DNA of 64,000 nucleotides. It comes from Enoplolaimus lenunculus. Taxonomy: Eukaryota. The stretch is from the NCBI GenBank assembly GCA_030248215.1, contig JASANG010000295.1, forward strand, positions 496,001 through 560,000. Direction: 5' to 3'. This document shows, in pieces, positions 13,003 to 23,900 of this stretch; within the stretch, counting starts at the first letter, position 1; each line of letters starts with the position of its first letter. The position numbers and the translations under genes were made by a program. The notes beneath the pieces were generated by a model. That model did no database searches and was not told the origin of the DNA. It saw only the letters and a program-made list of their open reading frames with translations.

Positions 13003-13037
13003 CTGGTGATTCTACTGTAATCGTTGGCGTGTCACTT
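13003..13037 (-). CDS. K2P/TWK C-tail micro-exon, 35 nt (SDTPTITVESP)
   Basis: tttttcag acceptor, CAG|gtaatt donor, phase 2 in / 1 out. Confidence 0.7.
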
Positions 13038-13838
13038 CTGAAAAATTAAACCAATATTTTAGATTTTATAACGTAAAATTGCTAGCGCCTATCATTGGCA
13101 GGCTTCGTTTAAAAATTGTAAATTTCAAAACACAAAAACAACTTTATCCCTGCGGACATACTGAATCCGATCCTACTTCATCTGACATACAGAAGCTGAA
13201 CAGTACGTGAATATTCCTCCTGCTTTAAGTGTCGACTTCTTGTGTTTTGGCGATTTTAAACGACTCGCAGTATATTTCGATTCAAGGATCAGGGTATCTT
13301 AACGCACCACATGTCAGATGGAGTCCCCTGCTAAGGTTTCTTACAAAGGTGCCGAAACGTATCCAGAAACAATGGGTACATGTGTGGGGAGCAATATGTA
13401 ATGGAGGTATGAATCTTGCGAACGATTTTCCGCAATCGCATCGTGGAATGCATTTGTTGCCTTCTAGGGAGTAAGAGGCGACAGCCGTGGCACTGTTTGA
13501 TTTAAATATATGCACGTCTATGACTGTCGGGACTTTTGACTTCACCTAAAACTTAAACGCTCCTAGGGTTGAGCTATACTTTACTAAGCCAAGCGTGGCG
13601 GTTCGGTAATTTTTTATAAAAGTTCTACAGCGGCGTGCGGCAAAAATTTTCTCGTGTCGAGCGCCGGCGTCCGGCGGCGTGCATGCGTGGCAGTGTCCAG
13701 CAGTGCACGGCGAGTATAGCGCAACTGTAACATCTGGCAGGTTATGCGCCTGAAATAAAATATTTGCTACGTTCCCGTTGAGGGGACTAATCTTCTATCC
13801 ATATCCACCCAAATTACAATTACGAGGGCGAGCCATAC

Positions 13839-14114
13839 CTGACCGAAGGCAAATCGGCGACCCAAAAATTGGTGTCAATTTGTTGAGCAGCGAGAACAAG
13901 CTTTTCTTCCATTTGTCGGCGTCGTTTCAATAATGTGAGCAAATCAACGCCTTGGAATTTTCGACCGAAATAATGAATCTTTTCAATGTATTGAATGCCG
14001 ACCAAATCAATACACATCGTTGTCACAGCGAGACCAACACCCAAATACAAAAGCATCACAACAAGATATTGAGTTTGAGAAGGCACTAAATCGCCAAAGC
14101 CGACAGTGGTGAGT
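13839..14114 (-). CDS. K2P/TWK exon: second selectivity filter (LTTVGFGDLVP), M4 and proximal C-terminus (TTMCIDLVGIQYIEKIHYFGRKF)
   Basis: GFG filter and a motif typical of nematode TWK channels; ttttttcag acceptor at 14115; AG|gtatgg donor; phase 2 in / 2 out. Confidence 0.93.
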
Positions 14115-15230
14115 CTGAAAAAATACTGGGAACAAACAACAAGATATTGAGTTTGAGAAGGCACTAAATCGCCAAAGCCGACAGTGGTGAGTCTGAAAAA
14201 ATACTGGGAACAAACAACAAGATATTGAGTTTGAGAAGGCACTAAATCGCCAAAGCCGACAGTGGTGAGTCTGCAAAAATACTGGGAACAAACAACAAGA
14301 TATTGAGTTTGAGAAGGCACTAAATCGCCAAAGCCGACAGTGGTGAGTCTGAAAAAATACTGGGAACAAACAACAAGATATTGAGTTTGAGAAGGCACTA
14401 AATCGCCAAAGCCGACAGTGGTGAGTCTGCAAAAATACTGGGAACAAACAACAAGATATTGAGTTTGAGAAGGCACTAAATCGCCAAAGCCGACAGTGGT
14501 GAGTCTGCAAAAATACTGGGAACAAACAACAAGATATTGAGTTTGAGAAGGCACTAAATCGCCAAAGCCGACAGTGGTGAGTCTGCAAAAATACTGGGAA
14601 CAAACAACAAGATATTGAGTTTGAGAAGGCACTAAATCGCCAAAGCCGACAGTGGTGAGTCTGAAAAAATACTGGGAACAAACAACAAGATATTGAGTTT
14701 GAGAAGGCACTAAATCGCCAAAGCCGACAGTGGTGAGTCTGCAAAAATACTGGGAACAAACAACAAGATATTGAGTTTGAGAAGGCACTAAATCGCCAAA
14801 GCCGACAGTGGTGAGTCTGCAAAAATACTGGGAACAAACAACAAGATATTGAGTTTGAGAAGGCACTAAATCGCCAAAGCCGACAGTGGTGAGTCTGCAA
14901 AAATACTGGGAACAAACAACAAGATATTGAGTTTGAGAAGGCACTAAATCGCCAAAGCCGACAGTGGTGAGTCTGCAAAAATACTGGGAACAAACAACAA
15001 GATATTGAGTTTGAGAAGGCACTAAATCGCCAAAGCCGACAGTGGTGAGTCTGAAAAAATACTGGGAACAAACAACAAGATATTGAGTTTGAGAAGGCAC
15101 TAAATCGCCAAAGCCGACAGTGGTGAGTCTGCAAAAATACTGGGAACAAACAACAAGATATTGAGTTTGAGAAGGCACTAAATCGCCAAAGCCGACAGTG
15201 GTGAGTCTGCAAAAATACTGGAAACAAACA
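14058..15230 (-). repeat. Tandem array of 15 x 78 bp; each unit is 21 nt of intron 3' end (acceptor) plus 57 nt of exon encoding the P2 filter
   Basis: gagtctg recurs every 78 nt from 14111 to 15203; units differ essentially at one base (TTTCAG x5, TTGCAG x10 on the minus strand). Confidence 0.97.
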
Positions 15231-15925
15231 TTTAAGTTGCCATGTTATCAGGAAAATTTTTCAATTATTACTCTCTGAATGTGTAAACTAACTCGCATTC
15301 AAGCTTAACCTAATCTGCAGTAGTGATTTAACTTTCGAGATTAACTAAACATACTGATAGACTGTGCTTCGCATTATTTGAAATCTTACATATTTCTTGT
15401 ATAATTTGAACTTAATGAAATCTAAAAGGCGTATAATTTCTGAGCACCACTCGTAACTTAAAATAAAATAAGTTTAGCTTAAACTAACGTTAAACTTAAA
15501 AATATGTTAGTTTATGTTAAACTCAAAATTCTAGTTCAGTTAGTCTGTCCAGCCATTTATGTTTTACTTAATCTAATATTCAAGTTTAGTTAAGCTATTA
15601 TTTAAGTTTAAATTTTTTAAGAGTACGTATACATTACCATTTTTCGGATACAGTATCCTGAGTGCAATACCGCGCTCTGTGCATGAAACAACACAGAAAG
15701 CTTATATCTAACGGTGATCGTGAGCTTCGTTCGTCTTAGGGTCTCTAAATCAAATCCTATCTAATTTTAACAGCGTAATTAAAAATTAGAATCGAAATGT
15801 CTGCAACTATTAACATATGTGTTAATATCAGCTATCTATTTAAGACCAATTAAAATCAACAAAATATGATTGGATTTGAAGTTGCAAGAACCACTCGCAG
15901 CTGCAAAATACGCGATTCGACTTAC

Positions 15926-16428
15926 GAAATGAAACAAAAATAAAACGCTTCAATGTATTCCCAGCCTTCCAACGCTGAAAACAGTACGCCACCAAGCGCT
16001 GTATACGCTATCAGTATGCTAAACACCATCATCACAGGGACTTGTTTCGAATCAAGCCCTGCAAATTCCGATTCTTCATGGTTCTCATCATTCGCGTGGT
16101 CCACTTTGCCACCTTCAACGTCTCCTGTCACTTCGCCTGCTGGTTTGGTCACAGTAGTTGTTGTTGAACCTTCGTTTTCAATTACAACTGTTTGTTCAAC
16201 TTTACTTGGTACTGTTGCTGTATTATCATCCAGTTGAGTTGAACTCAACGTATCGTTGGCTCCAGTAATGTTGTTATTGTTGTTGTTGTTGTTGCTACTT
16301 GATTTAGGAGCAGTCTTTGAGCTTCGACGAAATAGCCGGGACGCGACGCTACCACGACTGGCGGTCAGATATTTTGACAAGCTCGGTAATGGTCCGAAAC
16401 GTGCAACAAATCGCGATCGAACATAATT
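15926..16428 (-). CDS. K2P/TWK exon: long M2-M3 loop with poly-Asn, M3 and pore helix 2 (EGWEYIEAFYFCFIS)
   Basis: aattttag acceptor, TC|gtaagt donor, phase 0 in / 2 out; canonical EGW...FYFCFIS motif. Confidence 0.92.
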
Positions 16429-16655
16429 CTAAAATTAGAGTGACGCTGTTGTTTTTCAACGGTACTTTTCACTTCCTCCTCACGAGGTTAAGCTTGCTAA
16501 ACATCAACCGCAACGTTGAACTAAGCGTAACCGTAAAGATCTAAGCCTGATACTGTACGGCGTCAGAACGGACTTTGCAAACAAAATTTGAGTTCAATGG
16601 TACAAAGATTCGTTTGATTCAGGAACTATTTGAAAAAATTTAAGCTTTTGTACGC

Positions 16656-16853
16656 AGTAGTTACTGATAACAAAATTGATGCATACTAAAACTGGGGCGC
16701 GAACACCATTTGCATTCTGTTATAACATAATCATCCTCAATAAACTCCGATAAAGTAGTTACTGATAACAAAATTGATGCATACTAAAACTGGGGCGCGA
16801 ACACCATTTGCATTCTGTTATAACATAATCATCCTCAATAAACTCCGATAAAG
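16656..16853. repeat. Perfect 98-bp tandem duplication in an intron
   Basis: agtagttactgataac...ctccgataa starts at 16656 and again at 16754. Confidence 0.9.
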
Positions 16854-17238
16854 CACACTTGGGATCAATTGCAATTTAAACACTAGTTTAAACTGAACGA
16901 AATACATAAAGACCGATATGAGACGAACTGAGGTATCTAAGTAAATCACACATAGGTACAGCTGAAATATACATTATGTTGGGGTGTGCACGCAGATTTC
17001 AGCACAAAAATATAAAAAAACCACTCTTACTGCTCAATTTCCAATCTCTATCCATTATTTCATTTACGTGCTTTCCTGTATAAAATTCCTTAGGGTACGC
17101 AGAGGTTTCAGGCTACTCCGTCTTGCGTCTACCTGTCGCTGATAACCTTGCGACAACTTGACAACCCCAAACCTGGTCAGTTCTAAACTTAAGCCAGAAA
17201 AATAACAGCCAGCCATAACTCGATGACGAATGACCTAC

Positions 17239-17396
17239 CGCTGCTAATTTGTATTTTTCGTACAACAGGATTGTGTACTCGGACAAAAATTTGCCAACGT
17301 CGCCAATAGTTAAAATCGCTAACGGTGTTCCAAGAAGTGCGAAGAAAAAACACAACAGACGGCCGTGCATTGTTACTGGCACAACGTTTCCGTAAC
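17239..17396 (-). CDS. K2P/TWK exon: GYGNVVP end of filter 1 and M2 (GRLLCFFFALLGTPLAILTIGDVGKFLSE)
   Basis: tatttcag acceptor, GCG|gtaggt donor, phase 1 in / 0 out. Confidence 0.93.
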
Positions 17397-17588
17397 CTGA
17401 AATATAATTTAAAAATTATTCTCTGGTCAAGAACTTAAATTCGTTTCAATTCGACGAGCGGTACCACAACGAACTGTATTGTGGTTACTGTTGGTTTTTG
17501 GAACCAACGAACTGTATTGTGGTTACTGTTGGTTTTTGGAACCACACGGTCTGCACGACACCTGTTCGAAGTTTTGTATAAAGTAAAG

Positions 17589-17661
17589 GACCACGCCGGA
17601 AATCGAACCTCGGTCATCTTGGACTCAAGTCAAGCGTACTACTAGAACATTCCATGTGGTC
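17589..17661 (-). pseudogene. tRNA-like 73-nt sequence (tRNA pseudogene or SINE head)
   Basis: GACCAC/GTGGTC acceptor-like stem, B-box-like GGTTCGATTTCC, imperfect anticodon arm; adjacent short tandem repeat at about 17468-17543. Confidence 0.45.
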
Positions 17662-18220
17662 ATTACAGCAACTTCTTATACCGGTAAATGTGTACATGTG
17701 TAGCAATCTTTTCTTTTTGCTTCACACACTTTACCGTACACATATGCCGACACTGATAATTGGTATAAGTTTTGAAACAGTTCGTAAAAAAACTTCATCA
17801 CCTGAGTTTGAATTCAGATTTTAAGCATAAACCGTCATTATCATGACTTAAAACTGATCCAAAAGATAAATTCATTTAATGAAAAACTTTGGTGATTTTC
17901 CAATAATTTATGTTTATTTTACTGATAACAAATAACAATATTTATTATTTGCTTTGAAACGTGAGCAACCTTTTGGATGAAATTCAGAATCTGCGTATAA
18001 TAACACTTGGCCAATAACAACACTGTTGCTCAATGCACATAAAGTTGAGTCCTGAATGCACATAAAGTTGAGTCCTGCTTGTTCCGGGTCAAATTGTAAT
18101 AAAAGCTAAACAATGGAAGCCAAATTTGAGTAATGTTCATAGATTTCCTGTACTTTCAAGTGAGATATACGTGTAGAATTGGCATTTAGAGAATTAAGGC
18201 ATGGCAAAAGTGGCAGGTAG

Positions 18221-18439
18221 CAGAGGCGGATCCAAAACATTCCGACAGGGTCGGGTGGTCAAATGTTATGCAACGCAAAAATTTTAAGGTTGGAAGTACC
18301 TTATCATGTTATCACCAAAAAAATTCCTGGGCGGAAAAATTGCAAGATAGCGATCTTACCATTTTATCACACAAAAATCTGAAAGAAACTTCTGACGGGG
18401 GTCGTACGCTGCCCGCCGCCCCTCTGAATCCGCTAGTTG
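18221..18439 (+). mobile_element. CAGAGGCGGATCC-family MITE copy
   Basis: Termini cagaggcggatcc / gaatccgctagttg; similar to the 4103 and 36123 copies. Confidence 0.6.
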
Positions 18440-18605
18440 CGGCTAGATCAACTATATTGTCCTTGTAACAAAAAAATGGAAAAATCAGTAACAATTTACT
18501 ATACTGGATTCACTTCGTAAACTAAAGATACTGGCTTTTTTGGCGGAGATACGAAATACAATTAACCTTAACGAACCCATGGAGTCTGCTGGCAAAAATA
18601 CATAC

Positions 18606-19230
18606 CGACAGTAGTCGCTGTCGAGAATAAGAATAATACCGACACATCAAAGCCATCATCAAAGGCTGCCGCTGCCCAATGAAAATCGTTGGCTATTCGC
18701 GTGCGATACTCGCTTGCGTTTCGGCCAGCGATTGTAATCAAATCGTTTGCTCGCATTAAATCGACTCCCGTCGCTTTAATGCGAGCGAACGCACGTGTAA
18801 ACTCGCGTAAAACTGTGTCGCTTTTGGCGTAAAACACGTTTGAGCTCCGAGCGACACGTTTTACGTCGAGCAGTGACTCGAGTATCGAGTCATACTCAAG
18901 TGCTAGTTCAGCGATCAACTCGCGCCTCCGTTTTGATTGGGATCGCATTTCGGTGGCGTGAAATATTGCCGACGTTATCAGGATATACGACCAGAAGCCG
19001 GTTAAAATTAATAAATGAATTCGGGCACGGCCCACACAAGATTTAAATCGGCGAAGTAAAGATTGTGAATTTTGGTGCTGTTGTTGCTCTATTTCAGCGA
19101 CTACTTCTGCAAAATCTGGCAGCTGATTTTGACCGGGAGGTGAGACAACAGGTACTGGTGGATAAATTGTTGTTGCTGTTGCGTCAGTTGTAACAACGTT
19201 GCCGTCTGCCAGTGGTTTCGAATTAACCAT
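18606..19230 (-). CDS. K2P/TWK alternative first coding exon B: N-terminus, M1 (IHLLILTGFWSYILITSAIFHATE), cap, pore helix 1 (SVLFLFSTATTVG)
   Basis: 625 nt open from ATG 19230; G|gtatgt donor in phase 1 at the filter glycine, completing TVG-YG with exon 17396. Confidence 0.8.
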
Positions 19231-19484
19231 TGTTCGTGTCAAAAACGTATGTGTCACCACACGATATGCTCATTTTATTTTAACAAAATGAATTGTTTTT
19301 TGTTTTAAGGAATTTAAATTTTAAGGTTAAATTTGCAGTGTTGTCTAGGTTAAGGTTTTGCCAATATGATATACATTTCAGTATTGTTGTTAAATTGACA
19401 GTGGCAGAGTCAGAAATGAAGCGAAACAACGAAGCGAGCGAACCAAGCTAAACGCAATTATAGTGGGTCAAAATTAAAAATAAG

Positions 19485-19899
19485 TACTGTAGAGACCCGA
19501 ATAATAGAGAGGTAATAAAGAAAGGGCCCCGATTTTGAGTACTAATCAATAAAACTCTATCAAGAATCCGTAAGCAAATAGAGTACTTAAACCTTAATTA
19601 GAGTCCATAAAGGTCAATTATCTCAAATTGCACCCATAGCACCAAATATATACAGTTGAGTGCGAAACTTTAAAGCATACTTAGTTTTGAAAGTACATTC
19701 TCAAGTATAACCTTGCACTATCGCTCAAGAATTTTACACGAGACAAATTAAAACGTTTAATTCAACGAATAGTTGTAATACCGGATATATCAGTAACGAA
19801 AGGTGGAGGATGGCGGGTTGAAAATAAATAATAGGAAGGTACCCTTTTTTAGAGGCCAAATAAATATTAGTCCCCCTTCTCATTCGGGCCACTACAGTA
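19485..19899 (+). mobile_element. Tc1/mariner-type MITE (TA-flanked, TIR consensus CTGTAGTGACCCGAATAAG)
   Basis: tactgtagagacccgaataa ... attcgggccactacagta; homologous to copies at 36490, 39063, 50948 and 62614. Strand gives relative orientation only. Confidence 0.8.
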
Positions 19900-20499
19900 A
19901 CGCAGCAACCTTCAAATATTACAAAATTCGGATCTCGGCTACCGCCAGCAGCACCTCTGTATCTGCCGATACAAATGTGACTTTGCCTCAAATCATCTCA
20001 ACAGGATCTGCGGTCAAAGTGCAACAAAATGTCATTTTATGTTAACGGTAAAATTCAAGATTTGTTTTCTCGACTTTAGGCAATGGAAATTTTTGTATAT
20101 ATTTTATACTGATGGTCAAATAACTAATTTTGTACATATTCAATTTTTCAAATTTTTGCAAATGTTTCGACATTTTTAAATAGAAATTGAACATAATTTT
20201 TCAAAAAGCACAGGGAGCCAATTTTCGCGAAAAAATAAGTAGGATAACGAGGATTTAGAAGACATAATATATTTTTCGAATTTTGCATCATTTTTCTTAG
20301 TTGTTTTTATTTTATATTGCACTATGTTCTTAAAAGTCGAATTTAAATGCAAGAGGTGTTTTAAATTTTTAACCTTAACAGTTTTAGTTTAAAGCGTACA
20401 TTACCTATACCACTTAGCCAACCTTTCAAGGCTAACACGTACGACGCACATTCAAGAATAATGACCTGATAAAGCTCCGATTCAAACAGGGTAAACAAT

Positions 20500-20916
20500 G
20501 TTCACACGTGCAAGTTTTGCAGCGAGAACTCGCGCTCCAACTCGCATGAGTAGGTTGCAGCTGCAAGGATTTGCAAAGAAATTTTACGCAAAATTTTCAC
20601 TTGAAAACGCTTTAATATTCCAATAATTTCTATTTAATGCTAGAAAATTAGAAAGCTAGTATACTTGGAACTTCTGTATGAATTAATCTAGAAGCGCTTA
20701 GTAACACAATTTCGGATTGGATAATCAAAATGCAGGTACAATAAATTCAATCTGTTGACAACTGCGTTCAAAAGTGCTTATTTAATTTAGTGGCATTGAT
20801 TTCTTGTGAGTTATTTGCAGCTGCGGCAACTTCAAAGCTGTTACGTGACCGAACCTGCACATGCAAGCTACACGTGCAAGTTTTTGCTGCAAAAGCTGCG
20901 CGTGTGAATAGGGCTT
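20500..20916. mobile_element. Palindromic MITE, possibly PIF/Harbinger-like
   Basis: ttcacacgtgcaagttttgcagc ... gctgcaaaagctgcgcgtgtgaatagggc; similar to 51650-51944. Confidence 0.5.
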
Positions 20917-23900
20917 AATTTGCTCTGCGTTTACGTTGTTCATTGAAAAACAAAGTATTTTGTTTCGTCGTGTCAGGGTCACCTATTATATGCAACAATA
21001 AAAACTGAGCTAATAGACTACTACACTTTAATAAATAGCACGTGTCACATTCATAATTATTTAGAAAGCAAATTTAATTAAAAACTCTTGGTTCAAATAT
21101 CAAACAGGTGCTTTAAGGCGAAACAAACCCGCTTACGACCTCGCATTCAAAAAAGCAATGAGTTAAAAATGTATAAAATAGCAAAATCAACTTCTTCTAA
21201 CTATAACACATCTGGTTTGTCTTGTTCACAAAGAACTGGCATATATGTAGTGACGTATCAAAGTAGCCAATGCTAGACAGCGAAGTCTAAGCGGCGCCAG
21301 AACAATTCTGGCACGGTTGTATGTTTTGTGAATTCCCACGTATGGCTTTTCGAAAATTGTTCAGCGTCCAAAGAATCGTAACCGCACCGCCTGAACCTAT
21401 ATCTCGTCTAAGGCGCGTTAAAACTGTAAACAAAAAGTTCAAAATTGGTAAATTAAGAAAGAATAATTCAAATTTTTTACAAGCACTAAAACTATACAGC
21501 AGACAGTGTTGCAGTCAAGCAGTCTTCATAAGGAGTAAAATACGAAGTTTGGTGTTACATTGCGTACAGTCAAATGCCGAAAATACGGGTTGAAACGAAA
21601 AAATCTAACAAGAGTTAGGGTGGCCCTACACTTGTCGTACGGCGCTGCGTACGATACCATACCGTGAAGAACGGTGACGAACGGCGCTGGACGTCATCAA
21701 ACGTATAGCACCACCTTGAAGTGCAACTAAAGCTGAATGCGACTATTAGATCTCCCTAGATTAGTCCTTGATAACAGAACTAAAGTTAAGCAGTTTTGAA
21801 GTCAGGCGTAAATTTTTGAAGATATAAACCAAATGTCATAAATAAGTTTTGGGTAAATGATAACACTTTTATGTATTCGATCATTCAATTCGAGTTATCG
21901 ATTGCATTGACCGATAAAGGTGTTTGTTTGGGTTTAAGATATAACGAAAAACACCACAGTGGCGGATTCATAATCACATAATGAGACGTAGGGTGAAAGG
22001 GCACACACCTAATTTAACCGGAAACGAATATCCGGTTGCACCCGTCTATATTTTAACGGTGACAGGCCTGCGTAAGTGGGTAGTAAAAATAACTGAAACG
22101 GAAACACGCCAAAATTGTGCCAACTGTAGTATATGCCGGCCCATGTATAGATCAGGAGCGGAACAATTTTCTGCGGGACTGCAATACAGTAAGCAAGCTT
22201 AAGCTGTAGACTAAATTTTTTTATTAGAATTTAGGGTTAGCAATAAGCTCATTTGTACGCTTAGGGTTTGGCATAGGCTTAGGAACTTGCTTATACAACT
22301 GTTACGTTTCTTTTCTATACATTGGTCCATGTGCTTCAATATTATTTATTGATTAAAAAGCAACGTCAAATACATCAATTTCGACACAACAATGACTCGA
22401 AAATGCAGTAGGCAAAAACCCAGAATTCATTCTTTAAATAGAACTACAAACAGCTTCACGCGTTCTAAAAAGTATTAAATTCGTAATAGTACACACCTTA
22501 TACTCGTATCTCTTGTTATCTTATCAAAGCTCGCATTAAAATCAAGCGGGATGACGTTCGTTTTAAGCAGTGGTATAACCAATAAAGCAAGTAAACGCGT
22601 GTTTCAAAAAGTCTGTGTAAGCCAGTGACAAATGCAGGATAATGAGGTATAGGTATATCCGATCAGCCGTTCCAATGTCAAACATTTTTGCGATGAAAAT
22701 TGTTCATCTGAAGCCACCTATGTGTGTTCTAGCTAAATAGTTGAAAAACGTTATCCAAGTATTAATGTGAGTTTGAAAACGTTTTTCGCTCTTTGGTACT
22801 ATTTATCAAAATCAAAACATCTAAAATAATTGATAAACACGTTTTAAAACTGGCAAAATTTTTGAAACACAAAAGTATTATCCCCAGTGAAAAATTAGGT
22901 ATCCATCATTGGTGAAAACACGTGAGACTTGCTGGTCTAAGTGCAATACCATTCGCTTATTAAAAATGTGTAAACTGTAAATTCGACATCGTTTCATTCC
23001 TAACTTATCTTGCCGACCTTCAACTGGAAGCGGGTATCAAATATTTTTGGCTATGCTGAAGAATCATTGCTCAAATTCTATTGGTCAACTTGACTATTGA
23101 TGCCAGTATTTATGTTCAAATGCAAAAAGAATATTTCGATATATTCTAATGAACTTTTGCAAACTGAGGGTCTAGCAGTGTTTTTTGCCTTTTATACCGA
23201 CCGCGGGACTGCAATACATAGCCAAATTAAATATTAAAAATACTTTTTGCTAAGTATATTTATGTATAAAAATAAAAACGCTTGCTTCGGCATATCTAAT
23301 CAGCATCTATTCAGGATAACATTGCTTGCTTAAATATTAGAATATCTGATTTTAGAACAAATTTGAACTGTACTCGTTTAGGCAAAAAATCTGACTTTAG
23401 GACATGTCTAAATTCTGCTCGTTAAGGTGATTTCATTATACACCTGTGGTGCGGTTGTATTGTTGTAAATTATATTAAGTTTTAAATACTAATTAATTTT
23501 GTTTCAGTGTTTGCAGTAGCCCGAGATTTGATTTTTCGTGCTCTCAAGCCACGCTACCAAACACTCATTTATATTTTTGGTGGTTAACTATACTAGAGCA
23601 CGGTGGTGCCTGACCGCGCCGGATGGCGATGAATAGCCCCAAACGTAGTCAAACATGATGATGATGTATCACAGCGAAAAAAGTTCGCGAGCGACGCCAG
23701 CGAGAAACCAAAGCAATTCTAATACTAAATCCAAATTTTCATACAAGCGTTGGCTTTGATTTCTTTTGTGAGCAAAATTTTAAGAGCGCTCCACAACTAT
23801 AAAAAATAAAATGATTTAATAAATTTTTACCAGACAAAAATTATTGTGTTTTTAAACCCTATTATATTTACAGCCTTGTTCCAAGGTTATGCAACTGCGC

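Noticed and set aside
14007..15227. 406-aa repetitive ORF (FPVFLQTHHCRLWRFSAFSNSISCCL)
   Set aside because: Alternative frame of the 78-bp repeat, open only because the unit lacks a stop in that frame.
14058..15230. CRISPR array
   Set aside because: Units are head-to-tail with no unique spacers, there are no cas genes, and the unit is a eukaryotic intron/exon junction.
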